A stretch of DNA of 64,000 nucleotides, taken from the NCBI GenBank assembly GCA_963836075.1, contig CAWIIB010000009.1, forward strand, positions 3,392,001 through 3,456,000, read 5' to 3'. Made by a program: the position numbers and the translations under genes. The number at the start of each line of letters is the position of its first letter. Position 1 is the stretch's first letter. The notes beneath the pieces were generated by a model that did not search any database, was not told where the DNA came from, and worked only from the letters and a program-made list of their open reading frames with translations. Below, piece by piece: positions 10,318 through 20,066 of the stretch. Origin of the DNA: an uncultured Acidobacteriota bacterium (GTDB lineage Bacteria > Acidobacteriota > JAQAZP01).

Positions 10318-11558
10318 TCACTGTCCGGTGACCGTGCAACTGTCGGTCGCCTCCGGGCCGCCAGCCACATCCATCGCGGTCAGCAGTCCGGTGGTGTCAC
10401 CCACCAGGCCGGGCCAGGGCCCCATGTAGTAGCTCCAACAGTTGTAGTAGGTCTCGCCGCCGCCAAGAGTAACGTTCCCGCTGCGCCAGCCGTTGATCAC
10501 TCCGCCGCCCGCCAGGGTCACGTCGATCTCCCCGTGGAAAGTGCGTGAATCCATGGTCAGATTTTCCAGACCCGCGCAGATCTCCACTGTGAACGGCAAT
10601 ACGCCGCTGTCCGGCAGGCAGGTGAGCATTGCCGCCACGGTGGGCGGTTCCCCCCCCCGCTGTAGAGTTCGATGAACCGGCCTGAGGTGCCGGGGTTTTC
10701 GTTCTCGATCAGCGCCCCGGTGGTGGCATCCATCTCCCAGACACCGTCACCGGCGGTGCAGAGGATGTTCCCGTTGCCCAGCCGGTAGACACCGCGGCCG
10801 CCGTTGAAGAAGAACTGGGTGTGCAGCGTCCCGTCCAGGTCGAAATCGGTGATCCAGTCGGCGCTGAAGGACGCGTTCAGGTAGTCGCCCGGAGCAACGC
10901 TGTCGACCTGGACCTGCTCCGGGAAGTTGACGGCGAAGATCTCGCCGACCAGCGCACCCGCCGCGTCGTAGAGCCTCACGTTGTCGGTGGTGCCCTGGAT
11001 GTCGGTCAGCAGTGAGCTGCCATCGTCGAGGAACAGGATGTCGAAGGGATCTGAGCCGTCGGCGATGAAGTCGGCAAGACGGCTGTGCGGGCCGTCGAAC
11101 TCGGCCACGTAATCGTCCCCGCTGGTGACGAAGAGGTGACCGTCGCGGAAATCAATTCCCCTGATGTTGTTCAGCCCGTCAGTGGCGTCGGCATAGGTCA
11201 GGAGGTGGTTGCCGGCCGTGTCGAAGACATTGACCGAATCGTTGAGCTGGTCCGAAACATAGATGTTGCCGTCCGGCCCCTGCACCGCATTGATCGGGGT
11301 GGAGAACCCGGTGAACCCGGAGATGATGTCCCCCATGTACGTCCCATCGAACGGGTCGTATATACCAACAACGTCATTGGTGGAATCGGGGATCATCAGG
11401 AATTCAGTGGGCAGGCCGTCCATAGCGATCTGTTGTCCGGACTTGGTTGCACTGGTGGGCTCCAGTCCCTGCTCCTCGAGGAAATCATCCCCGGCCATCA
11501 CGGCTGGAACTAACATCAGACAGCAGACGGCGATGAGAAAAGTCACTCCATGCCTCAT
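10318..11558 (-). CDS. Secreted NHL/SMP-30-like beta-propeller protein with conserved C-terminal domain (frameshift in G9 run at 10650-10658)
   Basis: RBS GGGAGG and signal peptide MRHGVTFLIAVCCLMLVPAVMA. Propeller-like repeats (GPDGNIYVSDQ, IRGIDFRDGHLFVTS). Adding one G at the run joins ...SGGG-EPPTVAAMLTC... to ORF 10318..10638. Confidence 0.75.
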
Positions 11559-11692
11559 CTGGCACCTCCCTGGCCTCGCGGGCCAAAACTGGGTTGAAAA
11601 GAAAGGGTAGTGGATAACGCAGCCTGTGTGCAGGCGTTCTGTGGTTAATATACGTCTTGTTGCCCGATAAGGCAATGAAAATAATTAATGTC

Positions 11693-12643
11693 TCAAGCGG
11701 AGATGTCGGGTGGGGCCTGCTGCTGTGGGTTGAGGCCGCGGCTGACCGCTTCGGCCTCGATGAAGACACGCTTGACGCGGGGGTGGGCTTTCTTGATCCG
11801 CCGGTCCAGGCCGGCGATGGCCTGCTCCACCTCACCCGCGGTGGCGCTGTCGCGGAAATCGACATTGATATTGACCAGGATGAACTCCGGCCCCACGTGC
11901 ATGGTCAGCACCTCGCTGACCTGTTCGATAAGCGGGTTTTCCCGGGCGAGACTGCGGATGTTTTCCACCACCTCGGGTCGGGCGCTCTCACCGATCAACA
12001 GGCTTTTTGTCTCCCAGGCCAGCCAGGCCGCGGTGGCGCCGAGGATCAGGCCGATGACCACCGAGGCCGCCCCGTCCCAGCGGTAGTCGCCGGTGAGCTG
12101 GGCGGCGAGGATGCCGGCAAAGGCCGCCACCAACCCGAGCATCGCCGCCGAGTCCTCGAAGAGCACCACGAAGATCGAAGGGTCCTTGCCGCGGTGCACC
12201 GCCTCGATGATCCCCCGCTCGCCCCGTTGCCGCTCGAACTCCCGGAAGGCGAAGATCCAGGCCGCGCCCTCGAAGATCATCGAGAGGCCGAGGACGATGT
12301 AGTTGATCATCGGGTTGGCCACGACCTTGGGGTGCCGGATGTGGTGCACGCCCTCGTAGAGCGACACTCCGGCGCCCACGGCAAAGATCAGGATGGCCAC
12401 CACGAAGCTCCAGAAGTAGATCTCCTTGCCGTAGCCGAAGGGGAACTGCGGATTCGGAGAGCGTTTGCTGCGGCGCAGGCCGTAGAGCAGCAGCACCTGG
12501 TTGCCGGTGTCCACCAGTGAGTGAATGCCCTCGGAGAGCATGGCCGAGCTGTGGGTGATGGTGGCGGCGCCGAACTTGGTGATGGCGATGAGGCTGTTGC
12601 CGACCAGTGCGGCGTAGATCACTTTTTTGGACGATGAGGCCAT
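11693..12643 (-). CDS. Cation diffusion facilitator family transporter
   Basis: Motifs SSAMLSEGIHSLVDTGNQ, FPFGYGKE, VLFEDSAA and LLIGESA, with about 6 TM helices and a C-terminal dimerisation domain. Confidence 0.92.
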   Translation of the reverse strand: MASSSKKVIYAALVGNSLIAITKFGAATITHSSAMLSEGIHSLVDTGNQVLLLYGLRRSKRSPNPQFPFGYGKEIYFWSFVVAILIFAVGAGVSLYEGVHHIRHPKVVANPMINYIVLGLSMIFEGAAWIFAFREFERQRGERGIIEAVHRGKDPSIFVVLFEDSAAMLGLVAAFAGILAAQLTGDYRWDGAASVVIGLILGATAAWLAWETKSLLIGESARPEVVENIRSLARENPLIEQVSEVLTMHVGPEFILVNINVDFRDSATAGEVEQAIAGLDRRIKKAHPRVKRVFIEAEAVSRGLNPQQQAPPDISA

Positions 12644-12722
12644 GGATTTTCCAGCTCTCCCCTGTTCTGCGGTTTGGTCAATAATGCCACGAAACCGCCC
12701 GGCGGCCAACCCGGTTTCCGGG

Positions 12723-13976
12723 TCACCGTCTACGCTTTGTCTTTCGTGGCTTTGCCGGAACAGCGTCCAGGGTCAGCCGGTTGCGGCCTCGCCGCTTGGC
12801 CCGCAGCAGCGCCTGGTCGGCGGCTTTGACCACCTCCTGGGCGGTGTGGTGCTCCTCCCGCCGCTGGGCGGCGCCGATACTGATCCGCACCCGCACGTTC
12901 TTCTTCTTTCCCCGCGGGGGCCGCGGCCGCACCGGCGGTTTCCGCGGGCGGCCCCGGCCGCGGACGGTGAAGGCGGCGCCGGCCACCTTGCGGCGCAGGT
13001 GTTCGAGGTGCGGGGCCGTCTCTTCCAGATCTTTGCCGGGAAAGAGCAGGGTGAACTCTTCACCGCCATAGCGGAAGGCCCTGCCCCCGCCGCCCACCGC
13101 GGCCAGGCTGCCCGCCACCATGCGCAGCACCTGGTCACCCACGTGGTGGCCGTGACGATCGTTGAATTTCTTGAAGTGGTCGATATCCACCATCGCTGCG
13201 GTAAAGCGGCCGCCGATCTGGTTCAGGGCTTCATTGAGCGCCCGTCGTGTCGGCAGGCCGGTCAGTTCATCACGAAAGGCCATGGAATAGGAGGTGTTGA
13301 CCACGGCCACCACCAGAATCAGGCCGGCGGCGGAGAAGAGCAGGGTGGCCGGCGAACCGCTCTGCGCTGTCAGGGCGAAGCAGGCGGTGAGCAGCGACCA
13401 GAACAGACCGGCGCTCAGCGGTCCGGGACGGCTCACCGCCCGGCCGGCCAGCAGCAGCACCGCCAGGGCGGCTGCCACCAGGGCGAGGTGCGGGACACCG
13501 CCGGTGTCCGGGGGAAACCCGGGAATGGAGACCTGGAGGAAGCGGACCGATTGATGCAGTGTGCGGTGGATGACCAGGGCCACCAGGGCCGGCTGCACCA
13601 GCACCGCCGCCAGGCGCCACACGCCGCGGGCGGTGAAGAACCCCCGCTCGTTGAGCAGCGAAATCACGAGGAAGTTCAGCGGCAGCAGGATGGCCACTGC
13701 GCTGAAGACGAACGGCCCGGCACCTGGATCGCCGGCGGCGTCAGGACCGTAGCGCCGCAGCGATTCCTCAGCCAGGGCGAGCACCAGCAGGGACAGCACC
13801 GGGCGGAGACGGTTGAACCGCCAGCCGAGGAGCAGTCCTGCGCCCAGCACAACCAGGGGAAGCACCTCGGCAGCGGCGGTGAGCAGCTGGGGCAGGGGGC
13901 GTTGGGCCAGGATCAGTGCCGCGCCAAAAATCAAACCGCCGGGAAGTATGGCGGAGAGAAATGCCCGTGGACGCAC
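12723..13976 (-). CDS. Membrane-bound diguanylate cyclase (GGDEF)
   Basis: Multi-TM N-terminus, then RDELTGLPTRR, DIDHFKKFND.HGH.VGD, RYGGEEF and ADQALLRAK..GRN. No RxxD I-site. Confidence 0.92.
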   Translation of the reverse strand: MRPRAFLSAILPGGLIFGAALILAQRPLPQLLTAAAEVLPLVVLGAGLLLGWRFNRLRPVLSLLVLALAEESLRRYGPDAAGDPGAGPFVFSAVAILLPLNFLVISLLNERGFFTARGVWRLAAVLVQPALVALVIHRTLHQSVRFLQVSIPGFPPDTGGVPHLALVAAALAVLLLAGRAVSRPGPLSAGLFWSLLTACFALTAQSGSPATLLFSAAGLILVVAVVNTSYSMAFRDELTGLPTRRALNEALNQIGGRFTAAMVDIDHFKKFNDRHGHHVGDQVLRMVAGSLAAVGGGGRAFRYGGEEFTLLFPGKDLEETAPHLEHLRRKVAGAAFTVRGRGRPRKPPVRPRPPRGKKKNVRVRISIGAAQRREEHHTAQEVVKAADQALLRAKRRGRNRLTLDAVPAKPRKTKRRR

Positions 13977-13981
13977 CCGGC

Positions 13982-15577
13982 CTACCTCCCGTCGCCGGTT
14001 GGCGGTTCTCCGGCAAGCCGGAGGTCGAAGAGGTGGCAGCCATGGGCCGGCAGGTCGAGGTACAGGCCGCGGACCACCAGGTCATCACCCTCGCGGCTGT
14101 AGGACGCCTGACCCAGCAAGTCGTCGAAGTGCCAGGTCATCCCGCCCAGGCCGGGGAGGTTCAGCGGCAGGAAGCACTGGGCCGGTTCACCGGAAAGATT
14201 GGCCACCACCACCCGGCGGTGGCCGCGAAAGACCCAGCGGTGGGCGATGATGTTGCGGAAGGAGGGATTGCCGAACCACTCCTCCTGGGGCTCCAGCGGG
14301 GCCCACTGGCCGAGGTGAAACACCGGGTGACGCAGGGCCTGGATCAGGCGGTGGTAGAAACCGGCCAGTTCGGCATCGGGCGGTTCCGACGGGCGGCGGC
14401 CCAGCTGTACCGGCACCTGCAGCCGGTTGCCCTCCAGTTGACCGTCGTGGAACAGCCGCATGCCGGGCAGGGTCATACCCACCACCGCGGCGGGCCGCAG
14501 CCGCTCACAGCCGAAGGCGGTAACTGCCCGTTCCTCGTCGTGATTCTCGATAAAACGGGTCAGGCGGTTCTGGAACTCCACCGCTCTGGTGAGCCGCTGC
14601 CGGGTGGCCCGGGGGTCGCCCCCCACCAGCAGGTCGTAGAGCCGTTTGTCATAGGTGTAGTCGAAACCCTGCTGCTGCAATTCACCTTCCATGTCCCAGT
14701 AGACCTCGCCGATGGTCAGGAATTCCGGGTGCAGTTTCTTGACCCTGGCGATGGCCCGCGGCCAGAACTGCGCTTCCGGCGGTTCGAAGTGGCCGCCCCA
14801 GGTACGGAGGAAGATGCTGCGCGTGGGCAGCATGGCCATGTCGCAGCGCACCCCGTCACAGCGGCCGGCGATCTCCATCAGGCAGCGCTCCATGGCCTCC
14901 CGGGTCTCGGACCGGCGGTAGTCCAGCTGCACCGTGTCGGTCCAGCCGGGGAAGTTCGGGTCGCGGCCGTGGGCGAACACCCGTTCCCGTCCGTTGTCCC
15001 GGTGCAGGAAGTAGTTGTCCGGTGCCTTGAGCAACTGGTCCCGGTCGCCCTGCATCAGCCGCTGGGGCTGCTCATCGATCCAGCTGTGATCAGCCGCCAG
15101 GTGGTTGGGGACGAAGTCGAGGATCAACCGGATGCCGAGCCGGGCCAGTTGCCGGCGCAGTGCCTGCAGTTCGCCGTCGCCGCCCAGGGCCGTGTCGGTG
15201 CGGTAGTCGGCCACCGCATAGGGCGACCCCACCACATCCTGGTCATGGTAGTCGGGAAGCAGCTCGGCGAACCGGGCTTTCAACTGGGGGTGGCTGCGGG
15301 CGCGCCGCCGGCTCCAGCGGCTGCGCTGCCAGACGCCCATCAGCCAGACGCCATCAAAGCCGTACCCGGCGATGCGGTCCAGCTCCTGCTGCGGCACCGT
15401 GCCCAGGGTCACCGGCTGCCCGTGCGTGCGGCTCAGGTCGCGGAGCCAGGTCCAGGTGTTGATCTCGTACACCGCCGGGTGGGCCGGCCAGGGCCCGGCG
15501 GGAGCGGTGCCCGCCGCCTCCACTTTGCGCAGCAGGCGTCCCAGCTGTTTTGTTGTCGCTGTATCACGGTGGGTCAC
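13982..15577 (-). CDS. GH13 alpha-amylase family glycoside hydrolase
   Basis: Motifs YEINT, GSPYAVADY, LDFVPNH, and catalytic GVRCDMAM, IGEVYW, FIENHDE. Start uncertain (GTG at 15577; ORF open to 15667). Confidence 0.9.
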   Translation of the reverse strand: MTHRDTATTKQLGRLLRKVEAAGTAPAGPWPAHPAVYEINTWTWLRDLSRTHGQPVTLGTVPQQELDRIAGYGFDGVWLMGVWQRSRWSRRRARSHPQLKARFAELLPDYHDQDVVGSPYAVADYRTDTALGGDGELQALRRQLARLGIRLILDFVPNHLAADHSWIDEQPQRLMQGDRDQLLKAPDNYFLHRDNGRERVFAHGRDPNFPGWTDTVQLDYRRSETREAMERCLMEIAGRCDGVRCDMAMLPTRSIFLRTWGGHFEPPEAQFWPRAIARVKKLHPEFLTIGEVYWDMEGELQQQGFDYTYDKRLYDLLVGGDPRATRQRLTRAVEFQNRLTRFIENHDEERAVTAFGCERLRPAAVVGMTLPGMRLFHDGQLEGNRLQVPVQLGRRPSEPPDAELAGFYHRLIQALRHPVFHLGQWAPLEPQEEWFGNPSFRNIIAHRWVFRGHRRVVVANLSGEPAQCFLPLNLPGLGGMTWHFDDLLGQASYSREGDDLVVRGLYLDLPAHGCHLFDLRLAGEPPTGDGR

Positions 15578-15682
15578 GGTGCCTGGTCCCCGAGCCGAAA
15601 GCAGCGGCCTCCATGGCCGCCGGCGGTTCCTGGCCGAAGAGTATACACGATTCCGCCACCCGGACACAGGACACGGGGGCTC

Positions 15683-18600
15683 TCACGGCGCTTGAGGCGA
15701 ATGCGGGAGAGGTTTCAAACCGGTCACGGTGCACCTGTCGGTATCGGTATCACCGGAAGGTGGATACGGGGGGTGGTTGTACGGGGCGGGTGTGACGTCT
15801 TCCACGACCAATGTGAATATATTGGTGCCCACCACCGGAGCCAGATCGGGGATCGTCTGCTGCCAGGCCGTGGAGTAGGTGGACCCGGCAGAGAGGTTGG
15901 TATACCCCGATCGCCAATTGGGGTAGAACGAGCCGTTGCCCAACTGCACGCTGATCCGGGCAGCTGCGCGGCGGGATTGACCAAGATACCGATTGGTCAA
16001 ATAGACCGTATGTGTCGTGGTGAAGGGGATGGTGCCGCTGAGCGGCGCAATGGTGTAGATGCAGTTCGTCGTGACAGTATCGAGGTTGAAGAAGTATGCC
16101 GATCCCGCTTCATCCCCCCCCTCATGGTCATCCCTGGGCGCTCCCACAATCGCCGTGTTGCCGTCGATGCCCAGTGCTGTACCGAAGCCATCGTCCGCCG
16201 CCGCGTCGGACGCACTCAGTTTGGCCTGCTGGAACCAGGTCCCGCGTTGAAGTGAAAACACGTATGTCGAACCGGAGTTCACGCCGCCGGCATGATCGTC
16301 GCCCGCTGCCCCGATCAGGGCAGTGCCGTCCTGAATCGATACCGAGTAGCCGAAGTTGTCTTCCTCCGCCGGATCCCATGCGGTCAGTTTGATCTGCTCG
16401 GTCCAGGTTTCTCCAGAGCGCACGAACACGTATGCCGACCCGGCATCGGAAAAGCCGCCGTGGTCGTCGCTGCTGGCGCCGATCACGGCCATGTCGCCAC
16501 GAAGGGCCACCGCGAAGCCGAACCGGTCATCCTCGGCGGCGTCCGAGGCGGTCAGTTTGGCTTGTTCGGTCCAGACGCCGTCCGCACGGGTAAATACATA
16601 TGCCGAGCCCGCATACGCCATTCCTTCCCGGTCTTCCTTGTATGCTCCGACCAGCGCCGTATCGCCATCGATGGCGACGGAGTAACCAAAGAAGTCGTCC
16701 GGCCCCGCGTCCGAGGCGGTCAGTTTAGCTTGCCTGGTCCACTTGTCCCCGGAGCGAGTAAAGACAAAGACCGATCCGGATTCGGTCAGATCATAGTAGT
16801 CATCCCCGCATGCCCCGATCACGATGGTGTCGTCATCGATGGCCACTGAGCAACCGAAAAAGTCGTCATACTGTCCCTGGAAATCGGACAGTTTCGATTT
16901 TTCGGTCCAGACGCCATCGGAGCGACCGAAGACGAATGCCGAGCCCACCTTTTCTTCGCCCGAGACCATGCCCCAGCAGGCTCCGACTACTGCCGTGTCG
17001 CCCTGGAGGTCAACGGCGCAGCCGAAGAGTTCGAATGAGGTCGCACCCGAAGCGGTCAGTTTGGCCTCTTCCGTCCAGGATTCACCGGCGTCCTTGAAGA
17101 TGTACGCCGACCCCGCTCGTATGCGACCCGCATGATCGTCATCCACGGACCCGACAATGGCCAGACCATTGTCGATGGCCACCGAGTAGCCGAACCGGTC
17201 TCCCGCGGCACTGTCCGACGCGGTAATCTTATACAACTCCGTATCACCGTAGTCACAGGCATCACCTGCACCGTCTCCGTCCTCGTCGGCCTGGTCGGGG
17301 TTGTTCACCGTCGGGCAGTTGTCCATATCCCCGCAAAGGCCGTCCCCATCGACGTCGTTCTCAGGATCATCCGGGCATGTATCGCAGGCATCGCCGATAC
17401 CATCTTCGTCGGCATCTTCCTGGTTCGGATTGGAAATGCCGGGACAGTTGTCACAGGCATCCCCCACATCGTCATCGTCCACGTCTGACTGGTCCGGATT
17501 GAACTCGTCAGGACAGTTGTCCACATCGGCACAGAAACCGTCGGCATCGACGTCGTCCCCCGGATCATCCGGGCAATCGTCACACGCATCCCCGATCCCG
17601 TCGCTGTCCGCATCCTCCTGGTTCGGGTTGGGCAACGCGGGACAGTTATCGCAGGTATCACCCAACTCGTCTTCATCGGTGTCCGCCTGGCCGGGGTTAT
17701 GGTCAAACGGACAGTTGTCGAATTCGTCCAGGACACCGTCCCCGTCATCATCGGGATTGCACCCCAGATCGAAAATGTAGACTGAGCCGGCGTCTAACAG
17801 GTCGGAGTGGTTGTCACCCTCTGCTCCGATCAGTGCAAGGTCGCCATCCAGGGCGGCTGCTCGTCCGAAGTAATCGCCCAACGCCGTATCGGAGGCAACC
17901 AGGATATGCTGCTCGGACCAGTTCTGGCCGGAACGGCAATAGATATACGCCGAACCGGAATAGATGCCGCTGCCATTGTCCTTATGTGCGGCCCCGATCA
18001 GCGCCACATTGTCCTCAAGGGCAAGTGAGGAACCGAAACGATCCTCCTCCGCACTATCCGATGCGGTGAGTTTGGCTTGTTCGGACCACCCCCTGGCTGA
18101 TTGGAAGAAGACATACGCCGAGCCGGCATTGGTGCCGCCGGCGTGGTCATCGAGAGTGGCCCCGATCAATGCGGTATCGGCGTGGAGAGCGATGCGGCCG
18201 CCAAAAGCGTCACCGGCCGACGCGTCCGAGGCGGTCAACATGGACTGCTCGGTCCACTCGTCGCCGCTGCGGGTGAAGACGTAGGCTGCGCCTGCCCCCA
18301 CATGACCCTGGTGGTCCCTCCCCGAAGCGCTGATCACCATCGTCTCTTCATCGAGAGCAATCGCGTGGCCAAAGTGATCACCGGGCAGGCCATCGGACGC
18401 GATCAGCTTCGTCTGCTCTATCCAGTCTTCGCCTGTACGGACGAAAACATAGGCCGAGCCTGCATCGTTTTCGTTTGGCAGATCGTCTCCGGATGCCCCG
18501 ACGACGATCATCTCTCCCTCAATCGCTACTGAGCCGCCAAAATAATCACCAGCCGATGCATCGGAAGCGGTCAGTTTGGCTTGCTCTGTCCAAACCCCGT

Positions 18601-19021
18601 TCGTACGGACAAAGACATAGGCCGCGCCGGCATCGCTCTCGCCCGAGTGGTTGTTCCCCGAGGCCCCGATCACCACAGTGTCGCCGTCAATGGCCACCGA
18701 ACTGCTGAAGTAGTCAGACGCCCACGCGTCGGAAGCGGTCAGTTTGGCCTGCTGGGTCCAATCACCGACTGCACGAACAAAGATGCAGGCCGAGCCGCTG
18801 TGATCAGCTCCGTCAGCCCCGACAATTGCCGTGTTGCCGTCAACGGCAACCGAGCGGCCAAAGTTGTCGTTTGCCATGGCATCCGCGGCGATTAATCCCG
18901 TCAATTCCTCCGGATTACATTGCGCAGATACGGGCACTCCAGTCCACGGGGTCAAGAGCCACAAACTCGAACAGGTGAACAGTGCGACCGCCCGGAAAAA
19001 CCGCTTGTCCATCAATGTCAT
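15683..19021 (-). CDS. Large secreted protein: two 7-repeat FG-GAP beta-propellers, thrombospondin type 3 repeats and a conserved C-terminal domain
   Basis: RBS GGGAG, signal peptide [23 protein letters not shown]..., 7 + 7 repeats of KLTASD...D.FG.SVAIDGD...GA...GSAYVF, and a central DNCP..NP.Q.D.D.DG.GDACD array. Confidence 0.9.
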   Translation of the reverse strand: MTLMDKRFFRAVALFTCSSLWLLTPWTGVPVSAQCNPEELTGLIAADAMANDNFGRSVAVDGNTAIVGADGADHSGSACIFVRAVGDWTQQAKLTASDAWASDYFSSSVAIDGDTVVIGASGNNHSGESDAGAAYVFVRTNGVWTEQAKLTASDASAGDYFGGSVAIEGEMIVVGASGDDLPNENDAGSAYVFVRTGEDWIEQTKLIASDGLPGDHFGHAIALDEETMVISASGRDHQGHVGAGAAYVFTRSGDEWTEQSMLTASDASAGDAFGGRIALHADTALIGATLDDHAGGTNAGSAYVFFQSARGWSEQAKLTASDSAEEDRFGSSLALEDNVALIGAAHKDNGSGIYSGSAYIYCRSGQNWSEQHILVASDTALGDYFGRAAALDGDLALIGAEGDNHSDLLDAGSVYIFDLGCNPDDDGDGVLDEFDNCPFDHNPGQADTDEDELGDTCDNCPALPNPNQEDADSDGIGDACDDCPDDPGDDVDADGFCADVDNCPDEFNPDQSDVDDDDVGDACDNCPGISNPNQEDADEDGIGDACDTCPDDPENDVDGDGLCGDMDNCPTVNNPDQADEDGDGAGDACDYGDTELYKITASDSAAGDRFGYSVAIDNGLAIVGSVDDDHAGRIRAGSAYIFKDAGESWTEEAKLTASGATSFELFGCAVDLQGDTAVVGACWGMVSGEEKVGSAFVFGRSDGVWTEKSKLSDFQGQYDDFFGCSVAIDDDTIVIGACGDDYYDLTESGSVFVFTRSGDKWTRQAKLTASDAGPDDFFGYSVAIDGDTALVGAYKEDREGMAYAGSAYVFTRADGVWTEQAKLTASDAAEDDRFGFAVALRGDMAVIGASSDDHGGFSDAGSAYVFVRSGETWTEQIKLTAWDPAEEDNFGYSVSIQDGTALIGAAGDDHAGGVNSGSTYVFSLQRGTWFQQAKLSASDAAADDGFGTALGIDGNTAIVGAPRDDHEGGDEAGSAYFFNLDTVTTNCIYTIAPLSGTIPFTTTHTVYLTNRYLGQSRRAAARISVQLGNGSFYPNWRSGYTNLSAGSTYSTAWQQTIPDLAPVVGTNIFTLVVEDVTPAPYNHPPYPPSGDTDTDRCTVTGLKPLPHSPQAP
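17250..17755 (-). repeat. Thrombospondin type 3 (Ca-binding) repeat array within CDS
   Basis: Repeated DNCP...[17 protein letters not shown] units. Confidence 0.85.
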
Positions 19022-19190
19022 CGTTTGACTCCCGCGTTCTGGACTGGTGAATGTATCTCTAGCGTCAGTAAAAATGGGTATTGTCCATGAAAATGGCTGT
19101 GCAGCTGTCGGTTGCCACCAGAAAAACAAACATGTTCTTTTTACAACGTGGTTCTTTTATTCAAGGAAGTCAAGTGGCGTCCGGCTGGGA

Positions 19191-20049
19191 TTATTCAGGA
19201 AGGATCCCCAGCGCGACAAAGATCTTCCGGGTCAACTCCACCCGGGGGCCCCAGATTTCCTGGTAGCTGTCCGCTTCGAGGTTCAGCGCGAAGGTGAAGG
19301 TCCGCTCACCCCGTTCCACCCAGCCCACCAGCCAGCCGATGCGCCGGCCGTTGTCCAGTTCCCCGCCGCCGGTCTTGCCGCGAAAGACGTAGCCGTCGCC
19401 TTTCTCCCGCTCGATGATCCCTTCCACGATGGCCGTGGACCGTTCGGAATAGCCCATCCGCCGGTCTTTCAGCCGCCGCAGGAATTCCACCTGTTCGGCG
19501 GCGGCGATCTGCAGGGTGGAGGAGAGCCAGAACTGGTCGATGCCGCCGGAGATGTCCTGGTTGCCGTAGTTGATCCGCCCCAGGTGCTTTTTCATCCGCT
19601 CGGTCCTGATGCGGCGGGCCACTTCCTGGAAATACCAGACCACCGAGTTGGTCATCGCCGAGCGCAGGTCGTGATCCCGGGGCCACTCACCGAGGATCGG
19701 TCCGCTCCACCAGTCCTGTTTGGGGTCCTGCTCCGGGTCCCAGGGAATCACGTGATCAGCGTCGGCCAGCACGCCCAGTTCCAGGGCGATGAGGCTGTTG
19801 GGGATCTTGAAGGTGGAACAGGGGGGGAAGCGGGTGGCCCCGCGCAGGGGGTTGTGGCGCAGATAGACGCCGCCGGCCGAATCGTGGATCACGATGCAGC
19901 CCTCGTATCCCTCGAACAGCTGGTCAACGATGATCTGTGCTTCCCGGCTGCTGAAGTCCAGCGGCTCCGGCTCGGCGGATGAACACGGGCAGCCACGCTG
20001 CGCTGAGCAGACAGAGCACGATTCCGGCAACCGGGTTACGGTTCTTCAT
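19191..20049 (-). CDS. Class D beta-lactamase (OXA/YbxI/BlaR-like) with signal peptide; apparent frameshift near 19988
   Basis: Motifs PCSTFK (SxxK), SVVW (SxV), YGN and KTG. Signal peptide MKNRNPVAGIVLCLLSAAWLP starts at ATG 20049, after an RBS, in an adjacent frame. Confidence 0.85.
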
Positions 20050-20066
20050 TCTCTTCCCCCGTGGCA

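Noticed and set aside
13916-16255. 779-aa plus-strand ORF and other long opposite-strand ORFs (e.g. 21967-23652, 26182-27891, 38695-40854, 40882-42744)
   Set aside because: They are antisense to well-supported genes, a common high-GC artefact, and have atypical composition.
16100-18900. Regularly spaced DNA repeats (GCGGTCAGTTTGGC-like) as a possible CRISPR array
   Set aside because: They encode the KLTASD motif of FG-GAP protein repeats. They are degenerate, in frame, and there are no cas genes.
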